Part shown: piece after piece, positions 20,205 to 30,542 of the stretch
Position numbering within the stretch: position 1 is the first letter of the stretch
Layout of the letters: every line of letters starts with the position of its first letter
Origin: an uncultured Acidimicrobiaceae bacterium
Lineage (GTDB): Bacteria; Actinomycetota; Acidimicrobiia; Spongiisociales; UBA5794
Direction of reading: 5' to 3'
NCBI GenBank assembly: GCA_964460075.1
Contig: CAYWPC010000008.1
Span: forward strand, 19,872-83,871
DNA length: 64,000 nucleotides
Program-made: the position numbers and the translations under genes
The notes under the pieces: generated by a model
Databases searched by the model: none
What the model was told of the DNA's origin: nothing
What the model saw: only the letters and a program-made list of their open reading frames with translations

Positions 20205-20588
20205 CTAAGAAGTACCCGCTGCTGCGTCTACAAATTGCTGTCGGTTCACTACTACGCGCGTGTGAACCGCTCTCGCCACGACGGTATCCCCATCGACCAC
20301 AGTTGCTGCGAAGGTGACCTTGCGTGCGTCAGCCTCGGTCACGGTGGCTGTTGCAACGACGGAGCCTCCTACGGCCGTAGGGGCGAGGTGATCGACAGCT
20401 ACGTGAATGCCAACTGTCGTCGAGCCCTCTTCGAGAAGTCCGCTCAGCGCTGCGACTGCTGCCTCTTCGATGAGGGCGACAATCTTTGGGGTGCCAAGCA
20501 CACGAACGTCGCCTGATCCCAGTCCGATCGCCGTTGTGGCTTCGTCCGCGACGAACGAGATTGATGCGCAGGTGCCTGGTTCGACCAT
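20205..20588 (-). CDS. FlK-type hotdog thioesterase
   Basis: GSGDVRVLGTP, EEAA, TVGIHVAVDHLAPT, HTR. Confidence 0.88.
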   Translation of the reverse strand: MVEPGTCASISFVADEATTAIGLGSGDVRVLGTPKIVALIEEAAVAALSGLLEEGSTTVGIHVAVDHLAPTAVGGSVVATATVTEADARKVTFAATVVDGDTVVARAVHTRVVVNRQQFVDAAAGTS

Positions 20589-20615
20589 GATCGCGCAATG
20601 ATAGATCCGCTTTCG

Positions 20616-21575
20616 TCAGCCGGAGAGACCCGCTGCAATCATCAAGGCATCGGCTCTGATCATCCCCTCGTACGTCTCTGCGCCCGATCCCTGAGCACCG
20701 AGCGCTCCGGTATAGAGCTCGATCACGGCTACATCTTCGCCTGATTCTCGGGCCACAGCCTCCGCCAAGGCCTTGGAGCTCTGTGTCTCCGCGAAGACGG
20801 CACGCACGCCGAGGGTATCGATCAGGTTCACGAGATTCTCGAGCTCGGAAGAACTCGGATCAGCCAGAGTGGATCCACCTGGGATCACGGTACCTACGAT
20901 CTCGAACCCGTATCTCGATGCGAAGTAGCCGAGAGCGTCGTGGTTGCTCACGAGCAATCGATTCTTCTGCGGGATCGTCTTGACGATCGCCTCGACCTCG
21001 GCGTCCAGAGCCTCAAGAACGGTGATATATGCGGCTACCCCTGCGGCCCAGTCCGTGGAAGGATCGATTCGAGCGAGCAAATCCCCGATCGCCACCGAGG
21101 CACCCACCATGCGCACGGGGTCCATCCACACATGCGGATCGCAATCCCCAACAGCGCCCGAGCCGTCCGCTGGGATCGTGCATGACCCAGCGACACGGTC
21201 AAACGGAAGCGGGCTCACAAGTTCGGCTACGCGAATCACCTTCGCCCCGTCGCTCTCTGCGGATCTGACAACGTCGAGAAGCCCCTCCTCGAGGCCGAGC
21301 CCATTGACGACAACCAGATCGGCCGTGGCAATGGCGGAGACCTGTCGGGATGACGGCTGAAATTCGTGTGGGTCGATACCGTTGGGGATGATCGTCTCGA
21401 CATCTGCTCGATCCCCGACGATTTGTGACACGATGTCGCCGAGAACCGAAGTCGTCGCGACGATCTGCAACGGTGCGCCCGCTGCGGTATCAGACGATGT
21501 GGCACTGCACGCCGCAGCGACGAGCGAAAACGCGATCACCGTCGCACCAAGCATCGTCGTTCGTCTCTTCAACAC
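20616..21575 (-). CDS. Zn/Mn ABC transporter substrate-binding lipoprotein (ZnuA/TroA family)
   Basis: Lipobox AAAC, DPHEFQP, NGLGLE, DPHVWMDP, HDALGYF. Confidence 0.92.
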   Translation of the reverse strand: MLKRRTTMLGATVIAFSLVAAACSATSSDTAAGAPLQIVATTSVLGDIVSQIVGDRADVETIIPNGIDPHEFQPSSRQVSAIATADLVVVNGLGLEEGLLDVVRSAESDGAKVIRVAELVSPLPFDRVAGSCTIPADGSGAVGDCDPHVWMDPVRMVGASVAIGDLLARIDPSTDWAAGVAAYITVLEALDAEVEAIVKTIPQKNRLLVSNHDALGYFASRYGFEIVGTVIPGGSTLADPSSSELENLVNLIDTLGVRAVFAETQSSKALAEAVARESGEDVAVIELYTGALGAQGSGAETYEGMIRADALMIAAGLSG

Positions 21576-21586
21576 GATAGCTCCTA

Positions 21587-21607
21587 TATTGAGAATGATT
21601 ATCAGTT
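21587..21607. promoter_or_regulatory. Fur-family (probably Zur) operator
   Basis: TATTGAGAATGATTATCAGTT, an AT-rich imperfect palindrome about 12 bp upstream of the metal-binding protein start, resembling actinobacterial Zur boxes. Confidence 0.75.
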
Positions 21608-21668
21608 TTAGTCTACCGTAGAGTTCCGCAACTCACTCGCCTCCCACACACCTGTAGCGTGTGCAACG

Positions 21669-22337
21669 ATGAGCACCTGGCCCCTCACGACCGATGGAAA
21701 CGTCTCCACCTTGACGATGACAAGCGGCGAAAATCGGCTGTCAGAGACGACACTCACCGCGTGGTCATCTGCTCTTGCGAGCATGGAGGCCTCCGCTGGG
21801 CCCCAAGCCCTGGTCGTGACAGGCCAAGAGCGGTATTGGTCAACCGGACTCGACCTCGAAGAGATCACGGCCATGTCCGCCCACCACCAGCGCGACTTCA
21901 TGCACGACTTCGACCATCTGCTCGGCCGCCTGCTCACCGCACCGTTCGTGACGGTGGCTGCCCTGAACGGCCACACCTACGCCGCGGGCGCACTCCTCGC
22001 GCTTGCGTGCGACTACCGTGTCATGCGTATCGATCGCGGTTACTTCTGTCTACCCTCCGTGGACATCGGCATCCCTTTTTCGCGAGGCATGACCGCTCTC
22101 ATCACAGCCAAACTGCCACAGCCCACCGCGGGTGACCTCGTCGTCTCCTGCCGCCGCGTCGCTGCTCGCGAAGCCCTCGCACTCGGGGCCATCCACCGGG
22201 CTGAGGAGCGCGACGACGTACTCCGCGTCGCAACAGAGCTAGCAACGACATACGCTGACAAAGACCCACAGACGCTGGCAACGGTCAAGCAGCGCATGTA
22301 CGAGAGAGCTGCGAACCTGCTCGCAGATTCCAGATGA
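21669..22337 (+). CDS. Enoyl-CoA hydratase/isomerase family protein
   Basis: WSTGLDL, AALNGHTYAAGALLALACDYRVM. Confidence 0.88.
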   Translation: MSTWPLTTDGNVSTLTMTSGENRLSETTLTAWSSALASMEASAGPQALVVTGQERYWSTGLDLEEITAMSAHHQRDFMHDFDHLLGRLLTAPFVTVAALNGHTYAAGALLALACDYRVMRIDRGYFCLPSVDIGIPFSRGMTALITAKLPQPTAGDLVVSCRRVAAREALALGAIHRAEERDDVLRVATELATTYADKDPQTLATVKQRMYERAANLLADSR

Positions 22338-23290
22338 TCCATCCACTCGACCGAGTGGCCGGCGCTGCACTCGGTCGTGGGCCGCAACGCCTCAAATTCT
22401 TCTCCGGTGGGTGGGGAGACGAATCACGTATCGGGCAAGCCGACGCATTGGCAGCGGAACCGACAACAATCGATATCTCGTGGATAACGCATGCCAAGAA
22501 CGCAGCCGGGCACACCGTTGCACACGGCTGCTTCACCAGCCCTGCCGCCAATCTCCCTGCCAGATCGAGAATCGCGAGCGTGATCTCAGTCTCCCCTGAG
22601 AATGAATCAGGCAACATCGTCGTCTTGATGCCTGCCTGGAACGAGCACGACCCCAAGGTACGAGTTGCAATGGCGAACCTGCTCGCTGCGAAGGGGATAC
22701 GCTCGATCATCCTCGAAAACCCGTACTACGGGTCGAGACACCCCTACCCCGCTGGCGGCCAACCGATCCAGACCGTTGCCGACTTTATGGTGATGGGAGG
22801 AGCTGCGGTACACGAAGCACGGGCAATCCTCACCGCGTTCCATCGGTCCGGAGCGGTCGTGGGCGTTGCGGGCTATTCAATGGGAGGCAACACGGCTGCA
22901 CTCGTATCGGCCACACTGGATTTTCCAACGGCGACCGCACCACTCGCTGCATCCCACTCTCCTGGGCCCGTTTTCCTCGATGGAGTTCTGAGCCGGGGCA
23001 TCGACTGGACCGCGCTCGGGGGGTGGAGCCAAGAACCTCGACTCCGCTCAGCACTCTCCTCGATATCGGTACTCAACATCGAACCGAAACCCCACCTGGC
23101 GCGGGCGATCATTGTTCGGGCAGCAAACGATGGCTACATCCCGAAGGTCGCTACGGACAGGCTTGTCGACCATTGGCATGGCAGTGAACTTCGAGTGCTC
23201 CCAGGAGGCCATGCAACGCTCGTGTGGTTTCGCAAGCCGGCGTTGGCACGTGCAATCGCAGACTCCTTCGACAGGCTCGCGACGTCCTGA
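22334..23290 (+). CDS. Alpha/beta hydrolase (ABHD18-like)
   Basis: FFSGGWG, LENPYYGSR, GYSMGG, DGYIP, GGH; ATGA overlap. Confidence 0.8.
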   Translation: MIHPLDRVAGAALGRGPQRLKFFSGGWGDESRIGQADALAAEPTTIDISWITHAKNAAGHTVAHGCFTSPAANLPARSRIASVISVSPENESGNIVVLMPAWNEHDPKVRVAMANLLAAKGIRSIILENPYYGSRHPYPAGGQPIQTVADFMVMGGAAVHEARAILTAFHRSGAVVGVAGYSMGGNTAALVSATLDFPTATAPLAASHSPGPVFLDGVLSRGIDWTALGGWSQEPRLRSALSSISVLNIEPKPHLARAIIVRAANDGYIPKVATDRLVDHWHGSELRVLPGGHATLVWFRKPALARAIADSFDRLATS

Positions 23291-23419
23291 TCGTGCAGCT
23301 CGGTCCTCTACACAGAGACACCCTCGCCTATCTCCACCGAATCGTCCGCCTTTCAGCCAACGTCTCGAACACGACGTCAGTCGTCAAGAGCCACCCATCC
23401 GGTCTGCGATAATCGCATC

Positions 23420-24394
23420 ATGCAGGGAGAAGCTTCCGTCGACGCCGGAGGCGTGCCCGTGCGGATCTCCAACCCGGACAAGGTCGTGTTCCCCGATCGA
23501 GGCTGGACAAAGCTCGACATCGCAGACCATTTCGCGATGTGCTGTGAAGCTGCGCTGCGAGGTGTGTGCAACCGCCCAACCATGCTCAAGCGATGGACGG
23601 AAGGAGTCGGCTCTGACCCCTTTTACGTCAAGCATGTGCCCCAGGCCTCTCGGTCAAAGGTGGACGTCGTGTTCCCGTCCATGCGTCGCGGATCGATGTT
23701 CCTTCCGCTCGGGGTACCCGATGTGGTGTGGATGGCCCAGATGAACTGCCTCGACCTGCATCCGTGGAATGCAAGAGCAACGGATCTCGACCATCCTGAC
23801 GAACTTCGGTTCGATCTCGACCCGACAGACCAATTCGGGTTCGACTCGGTAATCGAGGTCGCAGACGTGATCCACGAGATTCTTGAAGAGCTCGGGCTCG
23901 TCGGATGGCCGAAGACGTCTGGCAACAGAGGGATACACGCCAACGTCAGAATCGAGCCTCGCTGGACTTACCACGCGGTGCGCCGAGCCTGTCTCGCCAT
24001 CGGTCGAGAAGCCGAGAGAAGAAGCCCGCTGGCGACGACGGCGTGGTAGAAAGAGGAACGATCCTGATGGGGCTTCATCGACTACACCCAAAGCGCCAGG
24101 GACAAGACCGTTGCTACGGCGTACTCGGTCCGGCACACAGGATGGATATCGACACCGTGCGACGGGTCCGAACTCAACGACATGTCCTCCGACATTTTCG
24201 ATGTGATGTCCTTCAAGGATCGCTGGCACGACGTTGGAGGCCTCACGCGTGGAATCGATGACTCTCGCGGCACACTCGACGAGGCTCTGGCATGGGTTAA
24301 GAGGGATGAGGAAGACGGCATGGGTGGCGCACCGTGGCCTCCTCACTATCTAAAGACGCCCGGCGAACCACCCTCGCGCCGGAAGACTCGCTGA
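23420..24394 (+). pseudogene. LigD-polymerase-like primase-polymerase (Prim-PolC type), interrupted by two in-frame stops
   Basis: ISNPDKVVFP, RFDLDP, KTSGNRGIH; TAG at 24047 and TGA at 24065; the same frame continues FIDYTQSARDKTVATAYSVR...WPPHYLKTPGEPP. Confidence 0.85.
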
Positions 24395-24415
24395 CAACTG
24401 ATAGCGTTCGTCTCT

Positions 24416-25654
24416 GTGACCCTCACCGAGACAGCTCTACAAACACGCCGTCGCCTCATCGGCATGCTCTTCGCAGGCGGGGCGCTGTCATCAACCGCCT
24501 ACATGGGCGTCATCACCGTGTCGACCCTGATCTCTGAACAGATCACAGGTTCGACACGGTTGTCCGGCATCCCAAGCACTCTTGGAACCATCGGCGTCGC
24601 CGCAGGTGCAGCCGCCCTCTCAGCGCTCAGCGTCCGTATCGGCAGGCGACCAACGTTCGCCGCGGGCTACGCGCTTGCAGGGATCGGATCTGTCCTCGCA
24701 GCGCTGTCGCTGACCCTCGCCAACTTCACGCTCCTCCTGTTGGGAATGCTGCTGATCGGCTTCGGGCGGAGTGTCGGCCAACTCGCGCGGTTCGCATCGG
24801 GTGACCTACGCGGGCCGAGACACCGGGCAAGCGCTATCAGCCTCATCGTGTGGGCATCGACCATCGGGGCAGTAGTCGGTCCACTCCTCATCGGCCCAAC
24901 AAGCAGATTTGCCTTCCTTGCAGGATTCGATGAACTGCTCGGACCAGTAGCAATCGGCATCGTTGGCTTCGGGCTTGGGTCACTCTTGATGTTCGTCGGG
25001 CTTCGACCCGATCCTCTGACACTCGCCATTGCAGATCAGCGCCAAGAAACTGACGCTGATCCGAGCCCGCTCACCCATACGCTCAGAATCCCAACCGTAC
25101 GGCTGTCACTCGTTGCAATGATGACGAGCCAGTTTGTGATGTCCCTCATCATGGTGATGACACCGCTGTACATCCGGGCGAACGGCGGCAACCTCGCAAC
25201 GGTGGGGTGGGTCATGATGGCGCACGCGGTCGGCATGTTCGCCATTGCGCCGATCACGGGCTACCTCGCCGACAGATTCGGGTCAAGGCGCCTCATCTGG
25301 GCGTCTGTGGTCACGCTGGGAGCCTCAGGGATCATCGCGGCTTCGGCGACCACGGCGCAGACGGCAACGCTGCTCGTCGGCTTGTTCATTCTCGGTGTTG
25401 GGTGGAATTTCGGCTTTGTCGCAGGGAGCACACTGCTCCAGCACGGCCTACCGATCGCCGACCGACTCAAGATCCAGGGCTACGCAGACTCGATCACATG
25501 GATCAGTGGTGCCGCGGGCGCAGCCATGTCGGGCGTCATCGTGGCCGGTACCTCCTACACGATCCTTGCAATCGTCGGGGCCAGCGTCGCCTTGGCTCCG
25601 CTCGTTCCGCTCTACACAGCGCGATCCGCTGACCCCACGTCCTGGGCTGAGTAG
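24416..25654 (+). CDS. MFS transporter (paralog 1)
   Basis: About 12 TM helices, RIGRR motif, ARFASGDL, GYLADRFG. Confidence 0.9.
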   Translation: MTLTETALQTRRRLIGMLFAGGALSSTAYMGVITVSTLISEQITGSTRLSGIPSTLGTIGVAAGAAALSALSVRIGRRPTFAAGYALAGIGSVLAALSLTLANFTLLLLGMLLIGFGRSVGQLARFASGDLRGPRHRASAISLIVWASTIGAVVGPLLIGPTSRFAFLAGFDELLGPVAIGIVGFGLGSLLMFVGLRPDPLTLAIADQRQETDADPSPLTHTLRIPTVRLSLVAMMTSQFVMSLIMVMTPLYIRANGGNLATVGWVMMAHAVGMFAIAPITGYLADRFGSRRLIWASVVTLGASGIIAASATTAQTATLLVGLFILGVGWNFGFVAGSTLLQHGLPIADRLKIQGYADSITWISGAAGAAMSGVIVAGTSYTILAIVGASVALAPLVPLYTARSADPTSWAE

Positions 25655-25682
25655 CGGCCTGGATACCTACCCTCGGTCCCTC

Positions 25683-26909
25683 ATGACCTTGACCGACCAG
25701 AATCAGCGCACCCGCAAGCGCCTCATCGGAACGCTATTCGCAGGCAATGCCATCATCTCGACGGCATACATCTGCATCGTGACGGTTTCCACGCTCATCT
25801 CGGTCGAGATAACAGGATCGATGGAGCTATCCGGCCTACCCACAACGGTTGGAACCCTCGGTGTTGCAGGGGGTGCGGCGGTTTTGTCCGCACTGAGCAT
25901 GCGCATCGGACGCCGCGTCTCGTTTGCAGCAGGCTATGCCCTCGCTGCCATCGGCGTCGTCCTCGCCGGTTTCTCTATCACGCAGAACAGCTTTACGCTC
26001 TTGCTCTTCGCCATGCTTGTGATCGGTTTCGGCCAGAGCGTTGGACAACTCGCGCGCTACGCGGCTGGCGACCTGAGTGACCCAGAGCACCGAGCGAGCG
26101 CCATCAGCCTCATCGTGTGGGCATCGACGATCGGCGCGGTGGTCGGTCCACTCCTCATCGGCCCAACGAGCGGGTTCGCTTCAGCCGCAGGGTTCGATGA
26201 ACTCCTCGGCCCCATCACCATCGGCGCCGTCGGATTCGGACTCGGTGCACTGCTCATGTTCGCTGCGCTGCGACCCGACCCTCTCAAGTTTGCAATCCTC
26301 ACCGAGCACGCGGAACCGGACGAACCGCGAACCCCGCTGACCGTCCTCCTTGCATTCCCGACGGTGAAACTATCGCTCGTTGCAATGATGACGAGCCAGA
26401 TCGTCATGTCACTCGTGTTGGTGATGACACCGCTGTACATCTTGGCGAACGACGGCAACCTGGCCACTGTTGGCTGGGTGGTGATGGCACACTCTCTCGG
26501 CATGTTCGCGATCTCCCCCGTCACGGGACGCCTCATCAACCGATTCGGGCCTAGACGCCTCATCGGCTTCGCCTCCGGCGCGTTGGCGACGGCTGGCCTG
26601 ATCGTGTCAACAGCCACAACCGCGCAGGTGCCGATCCTGGTCGTGGGGTTGTTCCTGCTCGGCGCAGGATGGAACTTCGGGTTCGTTGCTGGAAGTGCGC
26701 TCCTTCAGGAAGGCCTTCCGATCCTCGATCGCCTCAAGATCCAAGGGTTCGCCGATTCGAGCACCTGGATAAGCGGTGCGGCGGCAGCAGCCGTGTCCGG
26801 CCTCATTGGTGCCACTACATCCTTTGCAACCCTGGCCCTCACTGCTTCGGTACTCGCCCTGGTTCCCGCGGCCTACTTGTATCGAACCCAGGCGACACAC
26901 CGGAGATGA
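25683..26909 (+). CDS. MFS transporter (paralog 2, tandem duplicate)
   Basis: Colinear and highly similar to 24416..25654; ATG at 25683. Confidence 0.9.
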   Translation: MTLTDQNQRTRKRLIGTLFAGNAIISTAYICIVTVSTLISVEITGSMELSGLPTTVGTLGVAGGAAVLSALSMRIGRRVSFAAGYALAAIGVVLAGFSITQNSFTLLLFAMLVIGFGQSVGQLARYAAGDLSDPEHRASAISLIVWASTIGAVVGPLLIGPTSGFASAAGFDELLGPITIGAVGFGLGALLMFAALRPDPLKFAILTEHAEPDEPRTPLTVLLAFPTVKLSLVAMMTSQIVMSLVLVMTPLYILANDGNLATVGWVVMAHSLGMFAISPVTGRLINRFGPRRLIGFASGALATAGLIVSTATTAQVPILVVGLFLLGAGWNFGFVAGSALLQEGLPILDRLKIQGFADSSTWISGAAAAAVSGLIGATTSFATLALTASVLALVPAAYLYRTQATHRR

Positions 26910-26949
26910 GCACTCACGCTCTGTGACCCGATGCCGCAGAGATGGCGGG

Positions 26950-27553
26950 CTACGCGCCGAGAATCGAGCCGAATCCAGGCCCGTCGGGCCTATCGAGCTG
27001 TGCAAACGTGCAGTCCAAAGGATCCTTGTCCGGGCGCCATCGCTCGAATCTCGTCGCGTGTCGGAACCGATTGCCGGTCAACTGGTCGTACGAGATCTCG
27101 ATAACGACACCTGCCTTGACCGGGAACCACGAACGATCCTGCCCCTGACCACCACCCCCAGGCGTCTGGCGTAGGAAACCGCAACATGTTGCGGTTTCCT
27201 ACGCCAGAGTCCAGATCGGTCAGGCCTGGTGAACCGTGACTGCATCGGCGACCGCTTTGGCAACCGTGAGGTAGACCCGGTAGCCACCAACTACGCACTC
27301 GACAGATCGTCGATGCTTGATCTTGAGCATCTCACGCTTGCCTTCCACATACATGCCATCGCACCCAGCCGCCTCGAACTCGACGACCAGCACCTCTCCA
27401 TCAATGACGGTGCCGGAAGGAACCGAAGCCGCCACCGGCAATCACCCGAAATCCGTCCCACCTCGGCTCGAATGCCCAGCCTTCTTCCGGCCAGGTCGTT
27501 CGAACCTTCGCCTCCATCGGAGAGATTGGAAGCTCGAACGGTATGTCGTGCAT
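26950..27553 (-). pseudogene. ligC: Degraded ATP-dependent DNA ligase LigC
   Basis: Fragments in different frames: MHDIPFELPISPMEAK...FEPRWDGFR (catalytic K replaced by R), IDGEV, FEAAGCDG, GKREMLKIKHRRSVECVVGGYR, EISYDQLTGNRFRHATRFERWRPDKDPLDCTFAQL; frameshift, deletions and an inserted palindrome. Confidence 0.85.
27155..27219 (-). repeat. REP-like palindromic element, copy C (44-bp perfect palindrome at 27165-27208)
   Basis: TCTGGCGTAGGAAACCGCAACATGTTGCGGTTTCCTACGCCAGA with the CCGATCTGGAC flank shared with the copies at 38594 and 40682. Confidence 0.9.
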
Positions 27554-27601
27554 CGCCTCACGTTACGGGCGTCGTACGCAATGGGATGTAGCCTCGGCTT
27601 C

Positions 27602-28690
27602 ATGACAACCCTGCTGACCATACGACCACCGGAGGGTGACACCTATCGGATAGCGATCGATGGGTCCCGATTCGTAAGCACTGACGGTGCCATCGGCTCC
27701 GAAATCGACACATCCATGTGGTGGGCGCTCCCAGGCCTCGCCGACGCTCACGCACATCTAACGATGACGAACACGGATGACATCAAGGGAATCACCGAAG
27801 CCACGATGCGGTCGAATATCGGCGCGACAGCCTGGGCGCATGTCGAGAACGGTGTCTTGCTGATCCTCGACAAGGGAGGTGCTTCGGACCTTTCGCTCCT
27901 TTCGCTGGACCACGACGAGGACCTTCGACCCTACGTTGAGGTTGCCGGCGCAATGATCCATCCATCGGACGGATACATGCCGGGTTTCGGTGAAGAAGTT
28001 GAGCCGGACGCCCTCGTCGAGTTCGTCCGTACCAAGGCCTCGACGCGCGGTGGCTGGGTCAAGATCGTCGGCGACTGGCCGCGCAAGGGGATCGGCCCGC
28101 TGAACAACTATCCGTTGGACATCCTCAGCGAGGCTGTCGATGTCGTACACGCTGCAGGCGCGAGAGTCGCCGTCCACACAATGGCAGCGTCGGCGTCCGA
28201 AGCGGTAGCAGCCGGCGCGGACTCGATCGAGCATGGCCCATTTCTTACGTCCGATGATCTTCGCACTCTGGCTGAGCGGGGCGGAGCCTGGGTTCCGACA
28301 GTCGTCAACATGCTGAAATTCATAGACATCCTCGGCCCTGACTCGAGTGGTGGGCGAATGTTCCTCGATGGTCTCGACACGATGCGTCACAACCTGCCCC
28401 TTGCCGAGGAACTCGGCGTGACCGTGCTCGCGGGAACCGACATGGCCGTGCCGCAGGGCGACGTGGCAGTAGAGGCAATGCGGCTGAAGGAGTATGGCTT
28501 GTCCGACAGAGCAGCGACGAACGCCACCTCCACCAGTGCCTTCGACTATGTGGGTCGCTCTAACAGCATTCACCCTGGTGAGTCTGCCGATGTGGTGTTC
28601 TTCGAGGAGAACCCGTACGACAATGTGGCAACGCTGAGACGGCCGAAGCTCATCATCCATCGTGGACAGATCATCGGGTCGACGCCTTGA
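27602..28690 (+). CDS. Amidohydrolase family protein
   Basis: PGLADAHAHL, WVKI, VAVH, SIEHG, AGTD, ADVV. Confidence 0.88.
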   Translation: MTTLLTIRPPEGDTYRIAIDGSRFVSTDGAIGSEIDTSMWWALPGLADAHAHLTMTNTDDIKGITEATMRSNIGATAWAHVENGVLLILDKGGASDLSLLSLDHDEDLRPYVEVAGAMIHPSDGYMPGFGEEVEPDALVEFVRTKASTRGGWVKIVGDWPRKGIGPLNNYPLDILSEAVDVVHAAGARVAVHTMAASASEAVAAGADSIEHGPFLTSDDLRTLAERGGAWVPTVVNMLKFIDILGPDSSGGRMFLDGLDTMRHNLPLAEELGVTVLAGTDMAVPQGDVAVEAMRLKEYGLSDRAATNATSTSAFDYVGRSNSIHPGESADVVFFEENPYDNVATLRRPKLIIHRGQIIGSTP

Positions 28691-29457
28691 AGTCGCTGTA
28701 TACGATCGATGCAGAGCGATTCACACCGACCGATCTCGTCACAGGCCCATGGGACATCGACTACTGCCACGGTGGCCCACCGTGTGCGCTCCTGACGCAC
28801 GGCATCCACGCAGTGGGCCCCGACATGGGAATGGCACGAATCACCTTCGACATTGCACACCCGATTCCCAAACTGCCTGTCACGATCCGAACAGAGGTGA
28901 TCAGAGGCGGCAAGCGGGTGCAACTCGTCAGGGGTGACCTCCTTGGTGACAACGGGGAGTCGTACCTCACAGCGCACGCCTGGCTGATGCGAATCGACCC
29001 TGATGCAGCGCCGGCGGTTCCCTACGACGGCCCACTCCCCCCACCTCCCGATTCCTGCCCTCAGTTCACCGTGCAGGTTCGTGACACGCCAGACATTTTC
29101 GACAGCATGGAGGGCAGGGCGGCAGCCGGCACGCCATTCGGTGGCAGTCCCGCCACGGCGTGGATACGGCAAATGGTCCCACTCGTCGACGAACTCGAAG
29201 TGAGTCGCTACAGCGCAGTGCCGTTCGCAGCGGACTCAGCAAACGGTATCTCCATGGTTGCGCCCTTCGGCGAACTGCTCGCGATCAACACCGATCTCAC
29301 GATCTATTTCGCTCGCCCACCGCTCGGAGAGTGGATCGCGATTCAGGCCTCCACGATCTCTCAAGGATTGGGGCTAGGCATGACGGACTCCTTGGTATAC
29401 GATACCTCAGGATTCGTAGGCAGGTCGAACCAGTCGATCTACCTGGACGCCACGTGA
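28687..29457 (+). CDS. Acyl-CoA thioesterase (TesB-like double hotdog)
   Basis: GPW...HGGPP, RGGKRVQL, AADSANG, INTDLT. Confidence 0.85.
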   Translation: MKSLYTIDAERFTPTDLVTGPWDIDYCHGGPPCALLTHGIHAVGPDMGMARITFDIAHPIPKLPVTIRTEVIRGGKRVQLVRGDLLGDNGESYLTAHAWLMRIDPDAAPAVPYDGPLPPPPDSCPQFTVQVRDTPDIFDSMEGRAAAGTPFGGSPATAWIRQMVPLVDELEVSRYSAVPFAADSANGISMVAPFGELLAINTDLTIYFARPPLGEWIAIQASTISQGLGLGMTDSLVYDTSGFVGRSNQSIYLDAT

Positions 29458-29588
29458 TTCTCGGGAACCGATGAGCCGTATTGAGCGTCTAGTACGTGTC
29501 CAGCCTAAAGGACCCACACCTTTGGGAGCATCCGTGGAATCCCATGTCGGTGCCTCAAGGACCAGGACTATGTGAAGGAATTCACAAC

Positions 29589-30521
29589 ATGACAGCACGA
29601 ACCGTATCATTTTCACCAACCGAGGTAGGCGACTCCCTGACGACCTACCTCACAGACATCGCAAACCACGAACTTCTCACCGCAGACGACGAAGTTGTGC
29701 TCGCTCAGGCAATCGAGACTGGCCGCGAAGCCGAGGAGAAACTCGAAGCTGGTGGCACAAGGGGTGCAGCGAAGGTCAAGCTGCATCGTGCAGCTCGTCA
29801 GGGCAAGGAAGCCAGAGATCGATTCGCCCAGGCGAACCTCAGACTCGTTGTCTCCCAGGCGAAGCGATATCGCAGCCAGTACGGCATCGAGTTCGTTGAT
29901 CTCATCCAGGAGGGAAACCTCGGGCTCATTCGCGCCGTCGAGAAGTTCGACTGGCGAAAGGGCTTCAAGTTCTCAACGTACGCCACGTGGTGGATCCGCC
30001 AGGCGATGCAGCGAGCCGTTGCCGAAAAGTCCCGCACCGTGCGGCTCCCTAACTCGCTCCATGACACGCTGCTGACGCTCAACGGCACCAGGAACCGCCT
30101 GCTCTCTGAACTCGGCCGTGAGCCGACGTCTGAGGAACTCGCGTACGAGTCAGGTCTCAGGCTGGACCAGGTGCTCGAGGCACAACTGGTTGCGGATTCA
30201 GTATCTCTCGAAGCGCCTGTCGGCGACGATGGCGCAGTCCTCGGTGACTTTGTCGCACACGATGACGAGGATGACCCTGTACGCGAATCTGAGCGCGTGT
30301 CGACCATCGACGCGCTTCGCGAGGCGATCGACCGGCTCCCCGAACGCGAGGCCTACATTCTCGCCAAGCGTGTCGGATTCGATGACGGCCTCCCACGTAC
30401 ACACGAGGAGATCGGCAGGTTCCTCGATCTTGGCCCGACCAGGGTTCGATCACTCGAGAAGCAAGCCCTGTCACGCCTACGCCACCCGGCGTTCGGCCTT
30501 CGGCAGGAAGACGACTTCTAG
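29589..30521 (+). CDS. Group 2 sigma-70 factor (SigB-like, no region 1.1)
   Basis: Region 1.2 [56 protein letters not shown] and a region 4 HTH. Confidence 0.92.
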   Translation: MTARTVSFSPTEVGDSLTTYLTDIANHELLTADDEVVLAQAIETGREAEEKLEAGGTRGAAKVKLHRAARQGKEARDRFAQANLRLVVSQAKRYRSQYGIEFVDLIQEGNLGLIRAVEKFDWRKGFKFSTYATWWIRQAMQRAVAEKSRTVRLPNSLHDTLLTLNGTRNRLLSELGREPTSEELAYESGLRLDQVLEAQLVADSVSLEAPVGDDGAVLGDFVAHDDEDDPVRESERVSTIDALREAIDRLPEREAYILAKRVGFDDGLPRTHEEIGRFLDLGPTRVRSLEKQALSRLRHPAFGLRQEDDF

Positions 30522-30542
30522 GCCAAAGCACAAATAACAGAC

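Noticed and set aside
24047-24067. TAG and TGA in Prim-PolC as pyrrolysine/selenocysteine or alternative-code readthrough
   Set aside because: The TAG replaces a conserved Trp, neighbouring conserved residues have also decayed, the partner ligC is destroyed, and other genes here use TAG and TGA as normal stops
25245-25682. Long N-terminal extensions in the ORF track (MFS2, gcvP, proC, ABC ATPase, amidohydrolase)
   Set aside because: They overlap upstream genes, the riboswitch or pseudogene remnants; downstream starts fit family N-termini better
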